This document shows, one piece after another, positions 1-12,121 of a stretch of 64,000 nt of DNA. The number at the start of each line of letters is the position of its first letter. Positions within the stretch are counted from its first letter, which is position 1. The stretch is from Acanthaster planci. Its lineage: Eukaryota. The notes beneath the pieces are model-generated. The model was not told where the DNA came from. It did not search any database and saw only the letters and a program-made list of their open reading frames with translations. The translations under genes and the position numbers were made by a program. The stretch lies in NCBI RefSeq assembly GCF_001949145.1, contig NW_019091359.1, forward strand, positions 2,952,861 to 3,016,860, read 5' to 3'.

Positions 1-285
1 TTTTGTTGGATGTACAGGTACGTCGTCCATCAAGGCGTCATGATTATGATGATCATGCCAGTCGAAGACACAACGAATCTAGCTCCAATGCTGGAACTTA
101 ATACATGTATGCCAGCGTGTAACCCTCGATGCATCAGGTTGCAAAGTGTTAATATAACCTAAATCTGTCCAAAAAAACCCAGTCTTCTGGTTTGATGAGA
201 ATTTAGTATTATTGGTTTGATAGCAAGTTATTTTCTTGTGTGGTAAATGCATCATTAAACATGTTAAAAACATACATGTGGACTA

Positions 286-360
286 CCCCCAGAACTCTGG
301 GGTCTGACGTCTGCCCCACTCCCGCAGCGGTGCGGACATCGGACCCCACAGTTCCGGGGG
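286..360. mobile_element. Tiny palindromic TA-flanked MITE-like element
   Basis: TA|CCCCCAGAACTCTGGGGTCTGACGTCTGC...GCGGACATCGGACCCCACAGTTCCGGGGG|TA. Arms match about 31/38 including the flanks. Confidence 0.6.
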
Positions 361-382
361 TAGATGTGGACTGGATACATGT

Positions 383-1083
383 AGGCCTGTTGTTAGTGTT
401 AAGACATAAAGATTTGTCCCAACCATGGAGCTATTAAAACACGTTTGGGAATGTCCCAATTATAAGAGTGCGGTTGGGTGGGCCCAACTATGGCACAGAG
501 GGACTTGCAAGGCTTATTTGTATAGATCTATAGGCAACTCACTCTTGCAGAACCCTGACCATGCATGTATGTAGTTTTCATTTGTCATGAATGAAATGCC
601 AGGTTGAGATGAATTCTGAGGAAATTTCATGATCATCATGATCATCTTCCCTACAATGGTATCTGCTATCAGGAAGCAATAACATGTCCTAAAGAGTCAA
701 ATTTAGCAAGGAAAATAGTGAAGCATTTATATATACGTTACTTTGGGAGACATAGCCTTTTAGCGACAGTTTGTTTTTAAACTATTATGTTCTCCAGGGC
801 GGCCACTGTGTCTTGTGATTGTCTTTTTGCATGTTCAATTGCCGCAAATAAATATGATTATGATTATTTAAAAAATATGTTGAAGTTTTCAGACCAGTCT
901 CGTAGGATTTGTGATGTTCCTGTGTGGAACTTTTTCTGAATTCTGTCAGTTATGAGACTACCGTAGGTTGAGAAATTTTCTACAGAAATTCCCTGACTAT
1001 GCATGTAGTTGGGAGTGTCCCAACTATACAAAAACTTGGGGACTGATGCTGTAATGGCACCTAGTTAGGATAAAAACAGGCCT
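383..1083. mobile_element. Degenerate TIR element
   Basis: Left end AGGCCTGTTGTTA, right end reverse complement AGGCCTGTTTTTA. Internal repeated CCCAAC/GTTGGG motifs. No clear TSD. Confidence 0.4.
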
Positions 1084-1327
1084 GTCTTTCTGTGAAGCAA
1101 CTAGCACAGCCAACTCAATTTTGCATTCAATTTGGTGTATTCTTTTCATGTCATAGTCATGTTTTTCCTAAAGTGGCTGCGAAAACTATAGTTGGATATA
1201 AGTACAAAAGTAAACGAATAATTCACAAAGTGTTAAAACTCCTACGCAGCTGTTAAAATACCAAATAATAATACTTATGCATACTACTAAATATACTAAA
1301 TGGAAACACAGCCCTGTATAAAATTAA

Positions 1328-2764
1328 CCCTAACAATCTCCAACCAGTTAAACTTAAACAACAGTAAGGTGGTTTTTTTTTAGGGAAAATTTTTACCGAT
1401 TGCTATGTGTACATGGTGTTGGATTTTGACTAAATAGGTAGGGCCTGCTGTTGGCCTGCACTTACCCTGTTGAATTTTGACTGACTGGGTACTGTGGCCC
1501 TCTCACTTTTTACCATCAGGAATTTTAAATGAGGGGAGACTCTCCTCAATTTCTTGAGTACCATTTTATTTTAAAGATAATGTAATGATGGGAAGTTTCC
1601 CATTGAAATGTACATGTATATGTAATATGATGTAATTATTACCATAACAAGGACAAATTTATGCCATCACTGGTAGCTTACCACAGTGATTCCAGCAGCC
1701 GGGGATGGATATGCAGGATGATGGTGTGTGAGTTTGTTTGAATAGGTACTGCCTGTCCATACTCTTTGTACTGTGCAGTGGGCCTGCTGTACCCAATCAA
1801 ACAAAATCTCACTGGTAAAGACCTATTGGAGTTTGTGTGATTGGGTACTGTTGCAGCAGGAGGTACTGNNNNNNNNNNNNNNNNNNNNNNNNNNNNNNNN
1901 NNNNNNNNNNNNNNNNNNNNNNNNNNNNNNNNNNNNNNNNNNNNNNNNNNNNNNNNNNNNNNNNNNNNNNNNNNNNNNNNNNNNNNNNNNNNNNNNNNNN
2001 NNNNNNNNNNNNNNNNNNNNNNNNNNNNNNNNNNNNNNNNNNNNNNNNNNNNNNNNNNNNNNNNNNNNNNNNNNNNNNNNNNNNNNNNNNNNNNNNNNNN
2101 NNNNNNNNNNNNNNNNNNNNNNNNNNNNNNNNNNNNNNNNNNNNNNNNNNNNNNNNNNNNNNNNNNNNNNNNNNNNNNNNNNNNNNNNNNNNNNNNNNNN
2201 NNNNNNNNNNNNNNNNNNNNNNNNNNNNNNNNNNNNNNNNNNNNNNNNNNNNNNNNNNNNNNNNNNNNNNNNNNNNNNNNNNNNNNNNNNNNNNNNNNNN
2301 NNNNNNNNNNNNNNNNNNNNNNNNNNNNNNNNNNNNNNNNNNNNNNNNNNNNNNNNNNNNNNNNNNNNNNNNNNNNNNNNNNNNNNNNNNNNNNNNNNNN
2401 NNNNNNNNNNNNNNNNNNNNNNNNNNNNNNNNNNNNNNNNNNNNNNNNNNNNNNNNNNNNNNNNNNNNNNNNNNNNNNNNNNNNNNNNNNNNNNNNNNNN
2501 NNNNNNNNNNNNNNNNNNNNNNNNNNNNNNNNNNNNNNNNNNNNNNNNNNNNNNNNNNNNNNNNNNNNNNNNNNNNNNNNNNNNNNNNNNNNNNNNNNNN
2601 NNNNNNNNNNNNNNNNNNNNNNNNNNNNNNNNNNNNNNNNNNNNNNNNNNNNNNNNNNNNNNNNNNNNNNNNNNNNNNNNNNNNNNNNCAAGAGTTTGAT
2701 TTCAAGGTGTTGGAGTTTGTGTGATTAGGGAGGGATACCACGAACAGTGCCTGGGCAGTTAGGG
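1328..2764. mobile_element. TTAA-flanked piggyBac-like non-autonomous element spanning an assembly gap
   Basis: TTAA|CCCTAAC at 1324-1334 and GTTAGGG|TTAA at 2758-2768. Internal degenerate repeats (TTGGAGTTTGTGTGATT-GG) on both sides of the gap. Confidence 0.5.
1869..2688. other. Assembly gap (N run)
   Basis: Run of n. Confidence 1.
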
Positions 2765-4089
2765 TTAATGGGACAAATGTCCATTTTGGACGAATTTGAG
2801 AAAAATAAAACACCAACCAAAAGGTGATTTTTTGCAAACTCTGGTTGCCTATACAAGTTGTACCGGAGAGTGGTAGGTAAAAAAGAAGGCCTCTGTTTTT
2901 GACATCATTAGACGCATACATGTAGCATTCTGCCAGCCGAGCTTTCCGATTCAAAAAATCACAGTTCCTCTGATTTCCTTTAAAAAAGAGAAGATTTTCA
3001 CCATACACAATAATTATAGTTATGGTGATTCTAGTTTTTGTTTGGCTACTTTCTAGTTTTACATATATTTGATTGTTGTAGAATTTCAAAAGATTCTGCT
3101 ACATGTAAAGTCACAGACTTGATACCACATTCTTTTCACAACTTTTCTCTGAAAAACTATTAAGTAAAATTCGGATGCATTTATTTTTCACTTACTGGAC
3201 TTGAAAGTTAAGGTCAGTGGGTGGCTGCGTATGCAGATTTTAGAAATCTGCATCCACATCTCATGGAAGAGATGCCCTCTGCATGTTCCAACAAAGGCTA
3301 TGATGATACCAAACATATTTTTATTCTCAAAAAGTTCATCTGACAGTTCCTGGGTATTTGCTATGGGTTGCTGCATCATGTTATGGCAAGTGTTTCATTT
3401 GAACTCATATATGAAGATAAAGGGAGACCAGCTGGACATACTGTACTAGTAAATGTGACTTTTCTGCATTCAACAGAAAAAAAATGTGTATGTAGTAATA
3501 TTGCACAAGAATGTTGGCAATGTGTTGGTTCATTTGTAGACACATGTACATGTACGTACCGGTATAATCTCAAGTTCTACCATACAGTTTCCGACCAATG
3601 AACATTGAGTGGTTGATGGAACTGGTTCATTGAATTAAATGGATGTACATAAATAGTCATTCATTAAATGGACATTGCACAGTGCATGAGCAACTTGGCA
3701 AGCATTTCACTTACAAATTGTTTTCAAAAGGTGCACATGTGCTGCTGTTGGTTATTTTTAGTGGAATCATACTCTAACACACAGTCTTTATTCATGAAAA
3801 TGTAACTGAAAGAATTCCATATGTATGTAGTTTACATACATGTATGTGTACATGTACCTTGTCTCATTTACATGCTATCGATAAATAAATACATCGTAAA
3901 TCATTGTAATGGATGGATGATGCATGAGCTCTTTCAAGGGCAGTCCATTCCACTTTGTTTAAGGTCATTTGTGAAACCTTCACTTCAACTGAAGGTCTAG
4001 AGATTATCTCAGGAAGAGTTTCATATACGTGCATTAAACTTTGTCCTGTGTTTGGTACGATATATCAGCCATCAGAAAGCGGTACCATA

Positions 4090-4440
4090 AATAATAATAA
4101 TGACGTTTATATAGCTTTATTTCAAATTTTATGTCAAGTGGCACTTTACAATATTAAAACATGCCGGAGGAAGTATAAAGATTATAAGTAAAGACAAAAT
4201 ACACATCAAAATCATCAAGACAGGCTGGTCAAAAAATTGTCAGTCAAAGGGGAAGCTTTACAACATTAAACCATACACAGATTAAAAAACAATCAGTGAT
4301 GAGAAATGAAAAACATTAAATGTCACAACTTTAGCAGATCATAGCGGTAGTAAATGTTTCTTTGAAAAGGTAGGTTTGAAGATTTGCCTTAGAATCAGTA
4401 AAAGTTTTCACTTGACTTAATGGCACATGTACCGAGAAGT
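4090..4440 (-). mobile_element. Decayed 3' end of an L2/CR1-type LINE
   Basis: (AAT)n tail at 4090-4101. The minus strand near 4352-4393 reads SKANLQTYLFKETF, similar to the FKxxLKTxLF ORF2 C-terminus. Confidence 0.45.
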
Positions 4441-6469
4441 ATTGTAAGCATATATACTTAGAAAATAAGATTTTGCAGACTTGTCTTGTAGGGTTTGCGC
4501 CCAGGGTGTCAAGTGTGTAGGGCTCTTTCCCTTAGAATGTTTCTCAGACCAATCTCCTAGGGATTGTACACGGGGTGTTAAGCGATGTCTCTGTGTAGAA
4601 GTCTTTCCGTCATCATCTCCTTCAGTGTCTTACTGACCAAGTAAGAGGTTCTAGCAAAGGATGGGTCTATTGACTGCTTCAGGAATATCAAACTTTATCA
4701 TTCCACTGCCAAAGATTGCAGATGTCATACATGTACATGTAAGTAAGTACGCAGACCAGAAGCCACACTTTCAGATAGGACCTTGATACCAGTTCCTTTA
4801 ATGTGGTAAATACCAGAAGCACAACTAATACTATTTACATACTGTACCATGCTATTGCCTGCAAATTCAGTAGATTTTAAAAAGGCAGAAATGGTCAGGA
4901 AAAGCATGATACTGCAACTAGAGAGCAAAATGTTGAGCTAATGATGCACACTGGGGTTTGATTACAACTGTATTCATGTTGTCCAGTGGCCTGTATCATG
5001 CACAATTATCAGTATTGCACACTTCCTACTTTCCTTTTTTTTTTTAAACAATGAAACCGCAAAGACATACAAAGTCATTTAAGTCAGTAGGTTGTCTTTT
5101 ATGTCCACATCTCTGGCACAAACACATGGCACACCCTTCTACTGTATTCCAGGTTTCTGCAGCCTCATTCTGTGTGGGGGTTTATAGAGCTTGGCCAAGT
5201 CGTGTCTGAATTACTAGGCTGTGGCTTGAAATTACACACGAGTCAATGGCAGTGCCTGCAGCCACAACGCATGGAGCCATGTAATGTCAAGTCACAACCA
5301 AGTACATACATGTACCTGTAACTGAACATGTGTACATGTGTACAGGTTGAAGTCCCAAAGTTCCTTTTTTATTTGGCTTGTGTGAGTAATGATTCAAATT
5401 GTTACTCAGAATTTTAGCCAGCATTTGAAAACTGGGTCATCAAATTTGCCTCGAATTAAGAAAAAGGGTCTCCAAGTGTGTGCATTTACTTAATGAAAAA
5501 TGTGTCTGTGGTACATTTGTAGCTTACGGAGGGTCCAAAAGATGCTGAAATGCACAGCTAAGGAATGTGGAGGGAAGAAATGAGATACATGTACCATAAA
5601 TATAATCTTGACTTCAAAGGAATGAAGAACACACTGGCAATGTTAGGCTTGCTAGAAGTACATACATCCCTAACAAAAAGTTCATGCAGTTAGTATATTG
5701 AACTCGATCATTTGGGGAAAATGCACTTCCTTTTCATGTATACTGGTACAGTATTTATCTCTCTTCTGTTACGGAATGCTGTGCATTGATTGGCACTGTC
5801 TCTAACGAAACCCTTCAGAGGGACCTTTCTGTCTGTGGTTGTCGACAGTCTTATTTCTTGTGTTTGAGCAATCAAGCATCATTTGTGTATGGACGTATGG
5901 AATGAAAGTTTGCCACAGACTATCCATCACACCAGAGATTTTCTTTTCACTGAATTGGCTGTGGTGATTCATTGTGACTCATATTATGAAATGATAATAC
6001 TTTTTACATTGCAATGTATTCATACCAAATTTTGGACAAGTGTGCTTCTAGGGAACACTGGCGGTGAATGTATGTTGTGAGGGATAATTGTTCACACAAT
6101 CACACAGTGTCTGAGTGGAATACAATGTACAATCCAGTGATTGATAGTAAGTTGATTTATATTAGGCACAGCCAGCCCTACCCCACCCTCCAAATCTTAT
6201 TTTCTGTGGTTGTATCAACAACCCTTGTGTAGTTGACTTTTTGATCTACATGTGTGTAAAATTATTTTGTCTTTCAAATTTCAGGTGTTGGAGCAAGGGT
6301 AACCTGGCTGGCACTGGATTGATAACACAGTTTGAACCAGATTGTGGGAATTTTCATAGGTTTCCATAACCATTTTTCTCCTAAAACCCAGGTGTATATC
6401 GGTACATGTACATGTTGTACCGGGTACCAGTTACTACTTTCTTACTGTGTGGAGCAAGACAAAAAACCT

Positions 6470-6695
6470 GTTCCACTACATGCAGGTGGGTTCCACTACA
6501 TGCAGGTGGGTTCCACTACATGCAGGTGGGTTCCACTACATGCAGGTGGGTTCCACTACATGCAGGTGGGTTCCACTACATGCAGGTGGGTTCCACTACA
6601 TGCAGGTGGGTTCCACTACATGCAGGTGGGTTCCACTACATGCAGGTGGGTTCCACTACATGCAGGTGGGTTCCACTACATGCAGGTGGGTTCCA
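6470..6695. repeat. Perfect 20-bp minisatellite, about 11.3 copies
   Basis: (TTCCACTACATGCAGGTGGG)x11 plus a partial copy, no mismatches and no spacers. Confidence 0.98.
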
Positions 6696-9600
6696 GTGTC
6701 TACAAACAATCAAGGAAGGTTCTTGTCATGAACAGTTGTATCATTTTAAAATTCAGTCCAGTGAACTGGGCCTTGAGAGGCCTTTGTGTGTGCCATTCTG
6801 TCTGCCGTTCTTGACCCATCAGGGACCCATGGATGTCCATATACCGGGTAAGGCAGAGGAAGTGTGTTGTAATCAGCTGTTTCAGTGTCATCTAATGCTG
6901 CTTTCCTGTAGTGGTCCATAGATAACATTTTTTGTCTTGCAAAGACAATCCCTTTCATCTTGGATGTGCATGTATTGTACATGTATACATTGAAACCTGT
7001 GTACCGGTACATTGTAAGCTCTGCATGTAGGTACATGTACATGTATATGTACATGAAATATACTGGCACCGGTAAATACATAGATATATACTGTACATGT
7101 ACAAGTACGTATAACTGGTACATGTACATTGTACATGTGTTTCAACTTTCAAATGAAACCTACATTTACTTTTCACATGTCGGAGTAAACAATGGATAGA
7201 CCTACTGTATGCATAAGTTCTGTCTGAGTTGGAGCACACGCATGCCACAGATGAAATACATGTAAATGACACATGATGTATATAGGCCTAAACGGTGAAA
7301 ATTTTCCCAACATTCCTTCTCTATCCAAAAGTACATGGACCGTTACATTACGTGTGTGTTATCAATTTGATTGATCTTTTCATAATCTGGTTCCACCTCC
7401 CAGAAATCCACCTGAGTTGTAGATTTACCAGTACGTGTACATAGCCGTGGTCTGATATGCTGAGGGGAGGCATTAACCCTTAACTTTGTGATACCCTTCA
7501 AAATCCACCAGACACACATGTACACTGTACATGTATGCAGTTTGGAAAAACTCTGACGGATTGAGGAAGGCAGAACTTACATTTGTCATACTTGTACATG
7601 TACATGTGCTTGGTGTTCCTTGTGCGAAGAATGTGGTGTTGGTTCCCTACTTACTGTAAGAGTGAAATTGAGAGGATTTGATCTAGATTCCTTACAAAAA
7701 ACGCGAGAAAGAATTGGCTAGGAATTACATGCAATCACAACGCTTCCACATTACAAATTTACATGAATGCACGCAGCATCTGGTGGGAAAAGCACAGGGG
7801 TACCTCATGCAAGCACTTTTTTTTTTTTACATTTGCAACCAAAATTTACCCATGAATACTGTACATGTAACCTTTGTAAATTGTAAAAGGTATGGGCAAT
7901 TGTCACCATGTGGATGACAGGGTATGACTGCATATCCAGCTCTTACTTGGGATCATTCTGGGGGCTCATTTTCCAAGAACTTTATCCATCACTATTAATA
8001 TCACTCCAGTTCGTAATCCCCAGTTGAAAATGTCATATCCACTGTACCATTTCGATGCTTACATAAACATGCCATAATTACATGTACATGTACGGTCTAC
8101 CGGTAATCTTGGCACAGTGTGTGCTGGAAATTTGTCTGCAGTGTCTGAGTTTATTTATCTGTGGACGGGGTTTGTTTGCACACAGTTCGACTTGATACCA
8201 AAGCCTGTATTAGTATGGTAGACTATACAGTGTGATCAGTCTTACTTTCAAGAGTGAAAACATGAACACTGAATTATATTTAAATCCCAGGCTCATGTGT
8301 GTGTGAAAATTTGTAAGCATTCTGACGTTTTTCACAAGCATGCTCAAACAATGATTTTTTGAGAGTTTACCTTTTTTACTTTGCTTATCCTTGTTCTGTC
8401 ATCATGCCCATTTTTCTCAGATCAAGCCATTCAGAAGTCGTGACACCTCAATTACTCCAATGTTGAAGGCCCAAACCATTTCGACATCTTAAACCACATG
8501 CACATATGTGTAAATTCTGTGTGCATAACTTTGTGTAGTGAAATGCTAGGACGTAAAGTCACTACTCTGTATCTCACTTTGCCTGGGGATTTATTCTTGC
8601 AACAAAATTTTATCCCTTTGGATCAGTGGCTGATACTGTGAGTGCTTAGAGGTCACACAGGATGCTGCATTCCAAAGCATCTCATAAAGCAGAGGGCTAG
8701 AAGCATCGTGATAACATGCAATTTAATTTTAGCTCATTTCACTGGTGAATGGAATTCTTCAGGAGTTCAGAATTGGAGAAGGGGACTGGATGTTTTTGGA
8801 GATGTTGGGGAGATAGAGTTAGGATGCAGGAATAAAAGCTGAGATTGCCGCAACCTCGTGTCTACATGTACTTTTAGTGCAGTGTTTGCGGCAAGGTACA
8901 TTGTAATATAATGCCCATGCTTAAACATATGTATGCAGTCAATGATGCATTTATTGTACATTGTACCTGTAGACATGGTAGAACAGTGTTCAGCTCTAGA
9001 AATCTCATGGCAAAAAACCAAAGCTGTTCAAATTTCAGTTTCAGAAAAAACTACAAAAGAAAATTGGTACATACCGGTATAGGTGTACATGTAGTTTCAC
9101 ACAGATCATTTGATATGTATGGTACTTGTACATTGTACCGGTATACTGTACCAGTACCTTTAAGTTCCGGAAAAAAAGAGGGGTTATTAGTGCTGAAATA
9201 ACATTAATCATAGAATCCAAATGCAGAGTTTTATACTGACTGTTTTATTGTTATCAAATCATGCGAGTCACGAGTTGCTCATAAAACCACCTTCCAAAAA
9301 TTGCATTGATGGTGCTGACAATTCTGATCTAAAATTGCATTGATATGAGTCAGAGCAATGTGAATGATGCACTTTCTAATTATGCTGTAGAATGTCAGGT
9401 AGGATATGGTGCGGTAATTATACATGAGATATGTGTATGTAAGCATGTGACACGTAGAACGGCGTCTCATAGTAATGTACATGTATTCCCAAGTGCCTCA
9501 ATACAAAATATTTGTTCCACAATTCAGTGTGAATTATTCCCTTTCTGTATGGACAGGTGTGTATTTTTGTACATGTACATGTACCGGTACGTGGTCTTTG

Positions 9601-11886
9601 ACCATCTACAGGTGCGTACCTGTAATTTGTGCTTGTACATTGTACCTCTATTGTTTATTTGACTTCAGCCAATCAGTGAAGTTTTCTTCATAGTCACTCG
9701 TAGTGGCATTAGTACCATTGTGTTGGTATATACTGGTACCCATCACCTAATTGCCAGGTCATTGATCATTCGGTATATTCAACGGTGTCCACTGAATACA
9801 CGGTACTGTTGAACTGCATGCTAGCACAAGGGACAATCACAACATCTTAACTTCAACCTCACACCTCGACAAAAATGTTGTATTACATGTATATAGCTTT
9901 TCTTCCTCACGAGGAGTCGCGTAATGGTTCTGAACAGGGAAACTTCTTGTTTCACTGAAAAAGTAAAACAGTCAGGCTCGTACACAAACAGGGTTTATTC
10001 AGGCATTGTGTAAAACAAGTACATGTAAATGAATGTTACATACTCATGCAGTGGAAAGAATTACCATTGCACTCTAAAACATTCACCTTTTGCACTCTTG
10101 TGAGATTGTAGGGAAGACGAGTCAAAAAGCTTTATTGGCCATCTACAAGTGCATTTCCCCATCTTTGGCAATATCGGTACATGTAGTATATGTACAGGTG
10201 TACTGCATTTCCAAACTCCGGCACATTACACAGTGTCCTAAGAATGAAGGAAGCTTGTACAGTACGTGCTGATCGAACATGGTAAGACCTATATTCCTTA
10301 CAACTGGCTCTTATAACAGGCGACAGTTTCTTGCAAACATGACGTTTCTAATGGTGTACCCATAAATCTACAGCACTTGTTTACCAGCAAACCATGCAAA
10401 GCTTCAAGCACCACATTTGTTGCACGCCACAATGTTGAGAATGATACAGTGTTTGGTGTCGCAGTGGATGTGCAGACAATGCAAGCTGCACCCGTGTACA
10501 ACTGACTGAATGTTAATGCACGCGTACCGCGTGCATTTGACAGGTGAACATTCAGATTGGATAGAACTTGCTATGCAGGCAACCTTGCCCTGTTGTGTGT
10601 ATCATACATGGAACGAGAACCGTCTAGCAGTCTAGTGAAGGTCACAGCCAGGTCGCTTGGCATGGTGGGACACATGCTCATTCCTGCAGTCAGCATTCTG
10701 AAGCAGGGTTTGCGGTGGGTGGGATCGGGAGCGTGTGGGGTTTGGTGCTGTCAGCCTGACTGGCTCCCGGCCGAGTCTTTACTGTCTCCTGCCTCGATGT
10801 TGGTTGGATCATGTGGATAGACTTCATGTACTTGCACTTGATGAATGCCCTGTAGGTATTAGTTCAAGTTTCATGATGCTCAACATGCATGCATAATGCA
10901 CATCTCAGACACTTTTGGATATGCATTCATTGTGGTCGCATAACCATAACTTGCTGGCACAAAAAACATGCCAATATATTGTTTTGAAAGTCCATAAAGT
11001 ACATGTACATCACCCAGAAAGGAGCTCACCTGAAAGATGATGTGGCTTGACCACAGGTCGACACACGAATTAAAACCTTCACGGAGCTCATCTTCAAATT
11101 AGGGGTTTCATAAAGATTCTCACTTGCATTGAGAATTTGATTGATTCGCCTTGGAGCATTTTAACAGTTTGTTTCATTAATATCGTCAAAATGCATGAAT
11201 TGCCAAATTAATCTATTTGCATTTATGTTCTGTGTATACATGCACTTACTAGCAGTTGACAAGTTGATTGAAGTACATACATGTACATGGACTGCAAATG
11301 ACTCATACATGTACTTACATGTAGAGCATACTTTTATGTACTTGTACATGTATCTGATTAATTGAATAAAATGCATGCACACACGTGCATTCTACTTAGT
11401 ACATTGAAATACACAGGTCATTGCACTCTTACCGTCATGCAAATTGGCATCTACGATACATGTACGTACCCGGTACACAAAAATCAATCAAGCTTCATGT
11501 TTTACTTTTGTCACTCAACAGAAATGCAAGTTTTTGATGTCAGATCAAATATTTGTGCTGCAAATTTGCAGAAGTTGAACACATCTCACCTCGAGCGAAA
11601 TTTTGCTGCAAATCTTTTGTGAATTCAGACTCGCTCTGCTTTCACATACATCTGAAGTGCAGGTAAACCGGCGTTTATTAGACTGTACATGTACAGCTAC
11701 TCATGAGAACAGAAAATGGTCCATTTCAAATGTTTATGCATGACCAGTGATAGGCCTCACAAAGCATGTCCTTCGGGTACCGGTATTTACTGGAATGACA
11801 TCAGTGTCAATAAGACCCCTGAATGTTCTTGCCAAAGAAATGAAATTTGCAACAGCGTAAATTTGACGTGTCAGGATATCACATTT

Positions 11887-12121
11887 GGGTTATTCTGTAA
11901 ATTCAGGGTCCAAAAGTGTGACATTTTGTTTCCCTGTTACACCGGGCCTGCATAATTTTACAGGGAATATCACTGAAATTGATCTTAAATGATTTCTGTT
12001 TGTTTGGCAGGTAATTTGCATTGCTCGTGGATATTCAAGAACTGTTCTGAATTTACATATTCATATGTAAGATGTGATAGGGACACACAAAAAATTGGAC
12101 CCCTAATTTATAAAATGACCC
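11887..12121. mobile_element. Sola2-like MITE, copy 1
   Basis: ATTT|GGGTTATTCTGTAAATTCAGGGTCCAA ... TTGGACCCCTAATTTATAAAATGACCC|ATTT. About 27-bp TIR and a perfect 4-bp TSD. Homologous, in inverted orientation, to 36194-36446. Confidence 0.75.

Noticed and set aside
1678..3089. Long ORFs of 200-430 aa at 1.7-3.1 kb, 24.1-25.1 kb and 37.4-38.3 kb
   Set aside because: Artefacts of translating N runs.
6265..6304. Possible 14-nt microexon tttcAG|GTGTTGGAGCAAGG|GTAACC
   Set aside because: Not a multiple of three and no homology support.
6332..6921. CRISPR array or repeat-protein ORFs (6332..6814, 6406..6921, 6447..6731)
   Set aside because: Identical abutting 20-mers with no spacers and no cas genes in a eukaryotic context. 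The ORFs are open only because the unit lacks stops.
10557..10820. GC-rich 87-aa ORF
   Set aside because: No recognisable domain or convincing splice boundaries on either strand.
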